NCBI GenBank assembly: GCA_035776675.1
Contig: DASTWO010000067.1
Location: 207 to 64,206, forward strand
Length of the DNA: 64,000 nt
Reading direction: 5' to 3'
DNA from: Bacillales bacterium
GTDB taxonomy: Bacteria > Bacillota > Bacilli > Bacillales > DASSOY01
Of this stretch, positions 19,758-28,173 are shown in pieces. Numbering within the stretch: position 1 is the stretch's first letter; every line of letters begins with the position of its first letter. The notes beneath the pieces are model-generated. The model searched no databases and was not told the DNA's origin. It saw only the letters and a list, made by a program, of their open reading frames with translations. The position numbers were made by a program, and so were the translations under genes.

Positions 19758-20321
19758 ATGAAATTAAGGAAAACCATGAAATGGGTCAGCCGAGTCACAT
19801 CAACCGTATTGTTCGTCTTGTTGCTCTTGATGATTTTTATGGTGATTTCCTCCAGAGCTGCGGGCGGCAATCCAAGCCTTTTCGGCTATCAATTGAAGAC
19901 GGTACTGTCCGGTTCAATGGAACCTGGCATCCAGACAGGATCCATCATTGCCGTGAAACCAGTCAAGGAAACAAAGCAGTTTGAAAAAGGCGATGTGATC
20001 ACATTTAAGACTAGGGATGAAAAGCTGGTGACTCACCGAGTCTATAAGGTACTCGGAAGCGGGACCCAATATGTAACAAAAGGAGACAACAACGAAGATC
20101 CCGATCCCAATCCAGTACTTTCCCAAAATATTGTGGCTAAATATACCGGTTTTACCATTCCTTACGTTGGATACCTTGTTCACTACGCCAACACACAGGG
20201 TGGAACGGCCGTAATGTTGATTTTACCAGGAGTGATCCTTCTGCTTTATTCCGGAATCAGCATTTGGAAGGCCGTCCGAGAAATTGAAGGAAAAACGGAA
20301 AAAAAAACCCCAGCAGGTTAA
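19758..20321 (+). CDS. sipW: signal peptidase I, SipW type
   Basis: LSGSMEP, GDVITF, LVTHRV and TKGDNN motifs. C-terminal TM segment. Position between tapA and tasA. Confidence 0.9.
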   Translation: MKLRKTMKWVSRVTSTVLFVLLLLMIFMVISSRAAGGNPSLFGYQLKTVLSGSMEPGIQTGSIIAVKPVKETKQFEKGDVITFKTRDEKLVTHRVYKVLGSGTQYVTKGDNNEDPDPNPVLSQNIVAKYTGFTIPYVGYLVHYANTQGGTAVMLILPGVILLLYSGISIWKAVREIEGKTEKKTPAG

Positions 20322-20424
20322 CCAGGGTTGTATCTGTTTAGGAGAGCGTCCCGGCCCTCGTAAACAGTTCAATATAAATCACACCTCTACATAGAGGTAA
20401 AACAATTTGAGGAGGAGTTCAATA

Positions 20425-21243
20425 ATGGGGATTAAGAAACAGTTGGGTATGGGTGTTGCTACTGCAGCACTAGGTTTGACTTTGGTTGGTGGAGGTACCT
20501 ATGCGGCATTTAATGACGTCGCAACCGTTAACAACCATTTTGCGGCCGGTGAGTTGAATTTAGATGTCGGTGCCAAAGGTACTAAGCCAATTAGTTTTGA
20601 TCTTAGTAACATGAAACCAGGAGACAATGTACAAAGAATTTTTGAGTTAAACAATGTAGGTTCACTAGCAATTAAGGAGGTACTACTAAATGTTACTGCA
20701 AAAAATTTCAATGATGGTACCGAAAATTCAACCAGGTATCAGTTCCTAAATCAATTCGTGATTGACTTTATGGCAGTTGATTCGGAATCTGATAATTGGG
20801 AGCCAAGAGCTAATGTTGTGAAAACAGATGAGACGTTAACATTAGCAGATTTGGTTTATGATAATTATTCAACGAAAATTAAGTCAGATTATCTATCTAA
20901 AGATGGACGGATTAATCTTGCTCCACTGACAGTTGCTTCCGGATCGGAAGAATCTATGGGTATTCCTGTAAATCCAGTTGACAGTGACGATGTGTTTATC
21001 CAGATCACATTCAAAAATAATCCTGATAAAAAGGCAAATGGTGAGTACGTCCAAAACAAATTTATGAAAGATTCAATTGACTTCTTCTTTAACCTTGAAG
21101 CTACTCAGTGGGAAGGAATAGATGTAGACACCAGCAATGGTAATGGTGAGGTTAATAACGGCATTGTGGGAACAGATATTACAAAATCGAATAAAACTGT
21201 AAATCCGGATAAGAAAAAGTTCAACAACGAGGTAACTGATTAA
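20425..21243 (+). CDS. tasA: TasA / camelysin-family biofilm matrix fibre protein
   Basis: MGIKKQLGMGVATAALGLTLVGGGTYAAFND, LSNMKPGD, NNVGSLAIKEVLL and FNLEATQWEG closely parallel B. subtilis TasA. ATG follows GAGGAGG. Confidence 0.9.
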   Translation: MGIKKQLGMGVATAALGLTLVGGGTYAAFNDVATVNNHFAAGELNLDVGAKGTKPISFDLSNMKPGDNVQRIFELNNVGSLAIKEVLLNVTAKNFNDGTENSTRYQFLNQFVIDFMAVDSESDNWEPRANVVKTDETLTLADLVYDNYSTKIKSDYLSKDGRINLAPLTVASGSEESMGIPVNPVDSDDVFIQITFKNNPDKKANGEYVQNKFMKDSIDFFFNLEATQWEGIDVDTSNGNGEVNNGIVGTDITKSNKTVNPDKKKFNNEVTD

Positions 21244-21265
21244 TGAATTAGTTTCCTAAGTTATA

Positions 21266-21305
21266 CAGAAAAGGTGGGATTGGGATTCCTACCTTTTCTG
21301 TATAT
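21266..21305 (+). terminator. terminator hairpin after tasA
   Basis: CAGAAAAGGT (21266-21275) pairs with ACCTTTTCTG (21291-21300): a 10-bp perfect stem. The downstream tract is T-poor. Confidence 0.6.
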
Positions 21306-21419
21306 AATATCTGGGATGATAAAACGGTAGGTTCAGTTTTTTTCAAATGTAAACAAAAGAGCGTCCTCAAACCTGTGTCCATTATTTTTGAAGCCATCTC
21401 TTAAGTGAGGTCATGGAAA

Positions 21420-22109
21420 ATGAAACCACAATTATTTAAATGGGTTTTATTATACAGCTTAATAACTCTTACGTTCGTAGTGTTCATGCCAATTGGCAAT
21501 ACTGGAGCCAGTGGAGCCCCGAAAGAGATTGATCTAGCGACAGATCCGGGCGAATACCTGTTCAAGATCGCCAATATGAAGCCTGGAGACTGGGCAGACC
21601 GGACGTTGACGATTCAAAACAAAGGAAATCAGAATTTCGCATATACGGTCGAGACTCAGCGGAAGTCTGGGTCGGAAATGTTTTATAACCAGCTGATGCT
21701 TAAGGTTTCTGATTCTAAAGGTGTTTTGTATGAAGGGAAGTTGGGTGGATTCAGTGGTTTTGAAAATGCGAGGCCCCTTGCCAGTTTCAGTGAGGAAGAT
21801 CTTCAGTTCAAAATTACTTTTCCCTGGGAATCCGGTAATGAGTTTCAGGGGTTGGCCACGGAGGTGGCTCTGAAATTTTACGTTGAAGGTGACATGCCTC
21901 CTGCAGGAAATGATCCGTCAGGCGAACCAAACGACCCAACCAACGAAGGATCTCAGCCGACAACGGGTGGGGATGATTCATCGGTGTTGGATTCCATCTT
22001 GCCACAAACGGGTGAAACGAATCCGATGTACTATTACATGGCCGGCTTTGTGCTTGTTATGGCCGGGGGAGCATTATTTGCTGTTAAAAGGCGGCCGGAC
22101 CGCAAATGA
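21420..22109 (+). CDS. LPXTG cell-wall-anchored protein with a TasA/camelysin-like domain
   Basis: Sec signal peptide. ANMKPGDWADRTLTIQNKGNQNF parallels LSNMKPGDNVQRIFELNNVGSL in TasA. C-terminal block QFKITF...GNEFQGLATEVALKFYVE parallels the TasA C-terminus. Sorting signal LPQTGE plus hydrophobic helix plus KRRPDRK. Confidence 0.8.
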   Translation: MKPQLFKWVLLYSLITLTFVVFMPIGNTGASGAPKEIDLATDPGEYLFKIANMKPGDWADRTLTIQNKGNQNFAYTVETQRKSGSEMFYNQLMLKVSDSKGVLYEGKLGGFSGFENARPLASFSEEDLQFKITFPWESGNEFQGLATEVALKFYVEGDMPPAGNDPSGEPNDPTNEGSQPTTGGDDSSVLDSILPQTGETNPMYYYMAGFVLVMAGGALFAVKRRPDRK

Positions 22110-22816
22110 TAAAGTGGGCCGCCTTTCTTATGATTTTCGCTGGAATCGGGACCCTGTTGTATCCGTTTATTCATCGTGAAGTGAGTTCGTATCAGGAAAA
22201 TCAACTGCTGCAAAGATGGGAAAGGCTTCAGGATGAAGAAACGGAAACGTCCAAGGTGCAGGAGGTTCCGGATTGGCAATCCGCTCAAGAAAATTATGCT
22301 CGCCTGACAGGTATTTTTGAATCAGGACAGACCTCTGATAGCAATAAGCATAAAAAGACCTCCAAATCCGTTCAGCCAGGTGATTTACTAGGTGTGATTG
22401 AGATCGATAAAATTGATTGTCGACTTCCTATTCTGGAAGGCGCTACACTTGATCACATGAGAATTGCAGCCGGGCATATTACGGGAACTGCTCTTCCCGG
22501 GGCTATCGGCAACAGCGCGATTGCGGCGCACCGAAGTTATACATACGGAAGAATGTTCAATCGCCTGAATGAAGTAGAGGTTGGTGACAAAGTGGTGATT
22601 GAAACAAGAAGGAAAAGCTATGTTTATACCGTTTACAAAAAGTTGTTTGTAGAACCGGACGATGTCTCGGTGCTAAAAGGAAATCGAAACGAAAGAATTC
22701 TGACGCTTATTACGTGTCATCCAATGAGAAATCCCACGGGGCGCCTCATCATTAAAGCAACGGTCACTTCGGGGAAAGAAGGAACAGTGAACATTGGACA
22801 CAACAAAAAAGGGTGA
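22106..22816 (+). CDS. sortase (transpeptidase)
   Basis: N-terminal TM anchor. Catalytic-site signatures AAHRS and LTLITCHP. ATGA overlap with the LPXTG gene. Confidence 0.85.
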   Translation: MIKWAAFLMIFAGIGTLLYPFIHREVSSYQENQLLQRWERLQDEETETSKVQEVPDWQSAQENYARLTGIFESGQTSDSNKHKKTSKSVQPGDLLGVIEIDKIDCRLPILEGATLDHMRIAAGHITGTALPGAIGNSAIAAHRSYTYGRMFNRLNEVEVGDKVVIETRRKSYVYTVYKKLFVEPDDVSVLKGNRNERILTLITCHPMRNPTGRLIIKATVTSGKEGTVNIGHNKKG

Positions 22817-22823
22817 AAATCAT

Positions 22824-22985
22824 TTACGGGTTGCGTTCATGTTTTGACTCTAATAATTTCCTTTTAAACCTTAATATGATGCCCAAGAAATCCAGACGTG
22901 AACTTAGAATTCTCAATAACTGAAAAAGGATTATACCGTAGACGATATACATGAAAATAACCAAAACATAATTCATTACACTCAT
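22824..22985 (-). CDS. possible 53-aa hydrophobic small protein
   Basis: Hand-translated: MSVMNYVLVIFMYIVYGIILFQLLRILSSRLDFLGIILRFKRKLLESKHERNP. ATG (22985-22983) follows AGGGGTG at about 5 nt. Too short for the supplied ORF track. No homology evidence. Confidence 0.35.
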   Translation of the reverse strand: MSVMNYVLVIFMYIVYGIILFQLLRILSSRLDFLGIILRFKRKLLESKHERNP

Positions 22986-23080
22986 GAAAACACCCCTATC
23001 AAGGAGAATAACTTCTACTTTATCATACCATAAGTTTCCTTTTTCTTGAACTTTCCTTGGTTATATCCACATATCTACTG

Positions 23081-23116
23081 TCAAAACAAAAACCCGACCA
23101 TCAAATCAGATGGTCG
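23081..23116 (-). terminator. rho-independent terminator of the ABC-F gene
   Basis: CGACCATC (23095-23102) pairs with GATGGTCG (23109-23116). On the minus strand it is followed by GGTTTTTGTTTTG. Confidence 0.75.
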
Positions 23117-23143
23117 AGTTGCTTTAGAAAATCATTATCTTTT

Positions 23144-24763
23144 TCATGTCGTGGCATACATAGCTTCAAGCCTTTGGGCAATTTGATCGTCTTCCAGGTA
23201 TTCGTCATAGGTCGTCTGTTTGTCGACAAGGCCATTTGGTGTGATCTCGATAATTCGGTTGGCGATCGTCTGGACGAATTCGTGGTCATGAGACGCGAAC
23301 AGCATCGACCCGTTAAATTTGATCAACCCTTTGTTCAAGGCTGTAATGGATTCAAGATCCAAATGGTTCGTTGGTTCGTCCAAAATTAGCACATTTGCGC
23401 CGCTCAACATCATTTTTGATAGCATGCAACGCACTTTCTCCCCACCTGAGAGGACGTTGGCTTTTTTCAACGATTCTTCCCCTGAGAATAGCATTCTACC
23501 CAAAAATCCACGGATAAACGTTTCATCATCATCATGGGAATATTGGCGAAGCCAATCCACTAAATTTAGATTAACATCGAAATAGGAGTCATTTTCCTTC
23601 GGGAAATAGGACTGTGAGGTGGTAATGCCCCAACTGTATTGCCCCTCGTCTGGTTCCAGTTCTCCCATGAGAATTTGAAACAACGCCGTTTTCGCCTGCT
23701 CGTTCGGACCGACGAAAGCAATCTTATCTCCTCTGTTGACGGTGAAGTTGATGTTGTTCAGGAGCGTTTCGCCATCAATTGTTTTGCTCAAATCTTTCAC
23801 CGACAATATGTCTTTTCCCGCTTCCCGTTCCGGCTGAAAATTGACATACGGCGATTTGCGCGAGGAAGGTTTAATATCATCAATGGTCAGTTTCTCGAGT
23901 TCTTTCTTTCTCGAGGTAGCCTGTTTGGCTTTCGAAGCGTTTGAGCTGAATCTCCGTATGAACTCTTCAAGTTGATTGCGCTTTTCCTCTGTTTTCTTCT
24001 TCTGGTTCTTCGCGAGTTCCATAGCCAGTTGGCTGGATTCGTACCAAAAGTCGTAGTTTCCGACGAACAGTTGGATTTTACCAAAGTCAATGTCGGCGAT
24101 GTGAGTGCAGACCTTGTTCAGGAAATGGCGGTCGTGAGACACGACAATGACGGTATTCTCGTAATCATAGAGGAAGTTCTCCAGCCATTTGATCGATTGA
24201 ATATCGAGATGGTTTGTGGGTTCGTCCAATAATAAAATATCCGGGTTTCCGAAAAGCGCTTGTGCTAATAAAACCCGCACCTTCTCATTACCGGTCAGAT
24301 CCTTCATGTCTTTCGCCTGCAAATCTTCGTGAATGCCAAGATCATTCAATAATTCAGCCGCGTCCGCTTCTGCCGACCAGCCGTCCATCTCGGCAAACTC
24401 CCCTTCCAGTTCGGCGGTCCTGATTCCGTCTTCTTCGGAAAAGTCCGGTTTGGCATAAAGAGCGTTCTTCTCTTCCATGATGTCATAGAGCTTCCGGTGT
24501 CCCATGATCACCGTGTTGAGCACATTATATTCATCATAGGCAAAGTGATCCTGTTCCAAAACAGCCAGACGTTCGCCTGGTGTAATGGCTACTTCACCGT
24601 GGGTCGGTTCGATTTCTCCTGAAAGGATTTTCAGAAAGGTTGACTTTCCCGCGCCGTTCGCTCCGATTAGTCCGTAACAATTTCCTGGCGTGAATTTGAT
24701 TGAAACGTCCTCAAATAATGGACGCTTTCCATATCTCAGTGTAACGTTTTGTGTGCTTATCAT
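23144..24763 (-). CDS. ABC-F family ATPase (YbiT/YkpA type; no membrane domain)
   Basis: 539 aa with two ABC cassettes (GANGAGKST / LSGGEKVR and a second set) joined by a charged linker. N-terminus MISTQNVTLRYGKRPLFEDVSIKF parallels E. coli YbiT as I remember it. Confidence 0.85.
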   Translation of the reverse strand: MISTQNVTLRYGKRPLFEDVSIKFTPGNCYGLIGANGAGKSTFLKILSGEIEPTHGEVAITPGERLAVLEQDHFAYDEYNVLNTVIMGHRKLYDIMEEKNALYAKPDFSEEDGIRTAELEGEFAEMDGWSAEADAAELLNDLGIHEDLQAKDMKDLTGNEKVRVLLAQALFGNPDILLLDEPTNHLDIQSIKWLENFLYDYENTVIVVSHDRHFLNKVCTHIADIDFGKIQLFVGNYDFWYESSQLAMELAKNQKKKTEEKRNQLEEFIRRFSSNASKAKQATSRKKELEKLTIDDIKPSSRKSPYVNFQPEREAGKDILSVKDLSKTIDGETLLNNINFTVNRGDKIAFVGPNEQAKTALFQILMGELEPDEGQYSWGITTSQSYFPKENDSYFDVNLNLVDWLRQYSHDDDETFIRGFLGRMLFSGEESLKKANVLSGGEKVRCMLSKMMLSGANVLILDEPTNHLDLESITALNKGLIKFNGSMLFASHDHEFVQTIANRIIEITPNGLVDKQTTYDEYLEDDQIAQRLEAMYATT

Positions 24764-24849
24764 GTATTATCCATCCTTCTTATTTCGCAGAATCACGGCT
24801 ATTGTAACATGTTTGCGGATGAATAACGACAGTGGGCTGTTTTTCTTGC

Positions 24850-24939
24850 CAACTTTGGCCAGTTTATTTTCAACTTTTGAATTTTATCATCGACTTTTAC
24901 GGAGTTGCTTTCAACTTTCTAGCATTTATTTTCAACTTT
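24850..24939. repeat. four phased CAACTTT repeats, including a perfect 15-nt direct repeat
   Basis: CAACTTT at 24850, 24871, 24912 and 24933, giving spacings of 21, 41 and 21 nt. TTTATTTTCAACTTT is identical at 24863-24877 and 24925-24939. The array lies 45-135 nt upstream of a putative minus-strand extended -10 (TGTTACAAT; plus-strand ATTGTA at 24801-24806) for the ABC-F gene. Confidence 0.7.
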
Positions 24940-25014
24940 GTGGAGATATCGATTTATCGAGTCAGTTCGACATAATTCGAGCATGGCCGACGAGGGCGAT
25001 GAAGAAAAAAATGA

Positions 25015-25052
25015 GATCAAAGAAAAGAAACACTCAGGTGGGATGAGTGTTT
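25015..25052 (-). terminator. rho-independent terminator of the glycosylase/methyltransferase genes
   Basis: AAACACTCA (25028-25036) pairs with TGAGTGTTT (25044-25052). A U-rich tract follows on the minus strand. Confidence 0.7.
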
Positions 25053-25065
25053 CGGCTCGTTATTT

Positions 25066-25665
25066 TTACACATATGGATTTCCGTGAATCCAGAAACGAT
25101 ACGGATATTCACGGGCTTCTCCGGTATTTTCAATCCCGATCCGAGGTCCTTCAGCGATTTCTTCAGCCGGAATAGGGGTGCCCGCCGGACGAATGTACAA
25201 AGGGGGCTCGGTCATATCATGGCCGTACAGGTCCATGGGAATGTCTAGTGCCTTCACAAGTTTTCCCGGTCCGCTTGTCAGTTGTTTTCTTTTCCGATAT
25301 GATAATTTCTCAAGATGGCCGAACCCTCGGTTCCCACTCATTCTTTCCATTCCGCGAATGGGTTCGACCGCGCGAAGGAGAATGGCTTCGGGTTTGCCAA
25401 CCGGACCACTGACGATATTCAAGCAAATATGAATGCCGTAGATCATGTACAAGTAGGCGTGCCCGGGATTGCCGAACATGACTTCTGTTCGTTTCGTCCG
25501 ACGGCCGCCAAAGGAGTGCGCGGCACGATCTTCCGGTCCAAGATAAGCTTCTACCTCAACAATTTTACCGGACAATACTCCTTCTTTCGTTTCATGGACA
25601 AGCTCAGCTCCCAGTAATTGTTTGGATAACTCAAGTGTTGGTTTCCTATAGAAATCAGGATTCAT
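25066..25665 (-). CDS. 3-methyladenine DNA glycosylase (AAG/Mpg family)
   Basis: 199 aa. LLGAELVH, IVEVEAYLGPEDRAAHSFGGRRT and GHAYLYMIYGIH are typical of the Mpg family. Confidence 0.88.
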   Translation of the reverse strand: MNPDFYRKPTLELSKQLLGAELVHETKEGVLSGKIVEVEAYLGPEDRAAHSFGGRRTKRTEVMFGNPGHAYLYMIYGIHICLNIVSGPVGKPEAILLRAVEPIRGMERMSGNRGFGHLEKLSYRKRKQLTSGPGKLVKALDIPMDLYGHDMTEPPLYIRPAGTPIPAEEIAEGPRIGIENTGEAREYPYRFWIHGNPYV

Positions 25666-25675
25666 CGCGATCAGA

Positions 25676-26320
25676 TCATTCCTTTACTCGAGCGAGCAGC
25701 AGTCCATCGCCTATAGGCAATAACAGAGATTCCAGGTTTGGGTGGCGGGCTACTTTTTCATTAAATTCCCGTATGGTAACGGTCAATTTATCGTGATCTT
25801 CAAAGTCATAAACCCTTCCGCGCCACAAGGTATTGTCTGCGAGGATGATAGCGCCGGGGTTTGCTAACTCGATTGCCCGATCCAAATAATTTTCATAATT
25901 CCTTTTGTCGGCGTCAATCAGGAAAAGATCGAATTTCTTTCCTTCAGTCGTCAGTTTTTCAAAACTGTCCAAAGCCTCGCCGGTATAGTAGGTTACACGT
26001 CCTTCGAATCCTGCCTTTACGAGGTTATTGCCGGCAAGCTGGGCATATTCAGGGTTCAATTCAAGTGATGTCAGGTGTCCGTTATCGGGGAGGCCGCGCA
26101 TAATATGGATCCCGCTGTATCCGCCAAGCGCGCCAACTTCCAACGCTTCCTTTGCCCTGGAGATTTTGGTGAGCAAGGTGATCATCTTGCCGTTTTCCGG
26201 TGGCACCGAAATGGCGGGCATGCCTTTTTCCTCGATGCTTTTCAGGACACTTTGCAAGAATTCATCCTCTTCATTTGTAAATCGGGAACGAATATATTCT
26301 TCCTGGTTCATTGGCTTCAC
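25676..26320 (-). CDS. class I SAM-dependent O-methyltransferase (caffeoyl-CoA OMT-like)
   Basis: 214 aa with the SAM-binding glycine motif EVGALGGYSG and FDLFLIDADK. Confidence 0.8.
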   Translation of the reverse strand: MKPMNQEEYIRSRFTNEEDEFLQSVLKSIEEKGMPAISVPPENGKMITLLTKISRAKEALEVGALGGYSGIHIMRGLPDNGHLTSLELNPEYAQLAGNNLVKAGFEGRVTYYTGEALDSFEKLTTEGKKFDLFLIDADKRNYENYLDRAIELANPGAIILADNTLWRGRVYDFEDHDKLTVTIREFNEKVARHPNLESLLLPIGDGLLLARVKE

Positions 26321-26415
26321 CTTCCATTTCTTTTATTGCTGATTATACCTGAACAGGCAGGACAATGCACCCTGTCGCGTGTTGGTTTTCATGGTAGGTG
26401 AAACGCCAGGCAGGA

Positions 26416-27939
26416 TTATATGATACCACTCCGAATGGCTCTTGCAGCTGCTTCTGTACGATTTCTCGCATTCATTTTGTGCATCACTGTCGAAACGTAG
26501 TCTCTTACAGTGTACTCGCTTAGTTGCAATTCCCCGGCAGCTTCCATTGTAGAGGCGCCATCAGCCATTAATTTCAGCACTTCCACTTCTCGAGGGGATA
26601 GATGGAACGGGCTTTCTCTCTTTTCTGGTTGCCCACCACCGAATTTAGCAAGAATTTCGCCGGCGCTTTGCCCGAATTTCATTAAGGCAGTAAATGTTTC
26701 CCTTGAAAGTTTAAATTTCTTCCCCGGGCCCTGGTCCAGAATGGCAGCACCGATCAATCGGCCTTCTGAAGGCACGTAAATGGGAGCGACAACAACAGTT
26801 TCCAGTTGGAATTCACGGACGTACCGGGTCGGGAATCCTTCTGTTGCCTCAGAAATGTATATAGGTTGTAAATTCTTCAGGTTTTCCCGGATCGGTTGTA
26901 AATTTCTCAAGTTTTTCTTAATGAGCGGGATATTGTCAATCGGCTCTTTAATGCTTCGAATCGCCTCGTTGTTGAAATGGTAACCAGAGAGCCCGAAACC
27001 TCTGCCCTCATCCGTCGAGTAAGAGAACAATGCACAGCGTTCAAACGGTAAATAGTTAACGAAACCGAACGTGATGTTTTGGATCACTTCGTTCAGATTT
27101 TGTGATCGCATGATCCATTCATTGAACAGAATGACCGCGTCTTTCCATTGCTGTTTCTGTTTGGAGTACCGTAAGGTACTTTCTCCGGCGGACAAGATTT
27201 GCAATGTGAAGGCTATGAATGACAACGTATGTGCCGATTCGCCTTCATTTGTACAGATAAGTAACGTTTCATTCTTCCAGGGAAGGGTAGAAACTTTTCG
27301 TTCGGTATCCGATTGGGCCGGTAGGTAATTGAGCAATGTTTCGGATAGAAGAAACATAGATTCAGCATGGAGGACACCGTCATGAAAAGAAGGTCGGCGC
27401 CTGGATCCATCTGCAATCTCATTGATTTCGTACCCGTTTTTCGTTCGTTTTGCCTTTGCAATCCATTCAATCGGCAATTGTTGTGAAGAGGCAAGCTGGT
27501 CGAGAAATAAATCTAGATCCAGGTGGTCATGGAACGGATAAGTGAGAATTTGTTCACTGATTTGCGAAAAGAGGAATTGAACGGCTTGGTGATTGGAATA
27601 GTTGTCATCGGCATCGGATTTAATGGCTTTATGGACGGCGTTTTCTAATAAAGTAATGGTGAAAATGACATGATTTGGATGGAAGGGTTTCTCGAACCTT
27701 TGAATCCCCGCCTGGATCTCGTTGAGAAAGGTCTGTGAATCCTTGCTGCTTTCAGAAAACAGATATTCAGAGAAAAAATCGATCGCTATATCCAGTTCAG
27801 CTGCTGTCTTTTCTTTATGTTCACGAAGATGAGCCGCTATTAAACGCCACTCTGCATGAACGGCTTCCCGGTGACGGAAAACAATATTGAGTCCGTTTTG
27901 CAAAATCACCTTCATATGCTGATCCAACGTTAAAACCAT
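26416..27939 (-). CDS. LuxR/GerE-family transcriptional regulator with a large N-terminal sensor region (paralog 1)
   Basis: C-terminal HTH LSPREVEVLKLMADGASTMEAAGELQLSEYTVRDYVSTVMHKMNARNRTEAAARAI. The preceding ~180 aa look GAF-like and the first ~250 aa are unassigned. Full-length paralog of 31466..32995. Confidence 0.85.
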   Translation of the reverse strand: MVLTLDQHMKVILQNGLNIVFRHREAVHAEWRLIAAHLREHKEKTAAELDIAIDFFSEYLFSESSKDSQTFLNEIQAGIQRFEKPFHPNHVIFTITLLENAVHKAIKSDADDNYSNHQAVQFLFSQISEQILTYPFHDHLDLDLFLDQLASSQQLPIEWIAKAKRTKNGYEINEIADGSRRRPSFHDGVLHAESMFLLSETLLNYLPAQSDTERKVSTLPWKNETLLICTNEGESAHTLSFIAFTLQILSAGESTLRYSKQKQQWKDAVILFNEWIMRSQNLNEVIQNITFGFVNYLPFERCALFSYSTDEGRGFGLSGYHFNNEAIRSIKEPIDNIPLIKKNLRNLQPIRENLKNLQPIYISEATEGFPTRYVREFQLETVVVAPIYVPSEGRLIGAAILDQGPGKKFKLSRETFTALMKFGQSAGEILAKFGGGQPEKRESPFHLSPREVEVLKLMADGASTMEAAGELQLSEYTVRDYVSTVMHKMNARNRTEAAARAIRSGII

Positions 27940-28085
27940 TCTTCCCCTCCTTTCGTATCCTTGTTCATAGAATTATGCAAAGAGAGTTTTATGTAAAAAC
28001 GCGGTGTTTGGGCTATCCGTACATTTGCAATTATCAAAGGCTTCGGAGCAGCATGCGACTTTTATAGGGGTTCGGTCTGAATTTT

Positions 28086-28128
28086 CCTACACCTATCGGG
28101 ATTGAATCAGTTGCTTTTTCCTTATAAT
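28086..28128 (+). promoter_or_regulatory. candidate LuxR-paralog operator plus activator-dependent promoter of the MBL/SCP2/ligase operon
   Basis: CCTACACCTATCGG (28086-28099), then G, then ATTG, then TATAAT at 28123-28128: 23 nt from motif end to the -10. The geometry and motif are the same as at 33457-33500. Confidence 0.5.
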
Positions 28129-28173
28129 GTTTTATAGTATGTGGATGATCTGACTTCAGGAGTGGAATTTTTT

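Noticed and set aside
24966-24972. TTCGACA (complement of the Spo0A box TGTCGAA) upstream of the ABC-F gene
   Set aside because: A single 7-mer is expected by chance several times in 64 kb. There is no second box and no known link to this gene.
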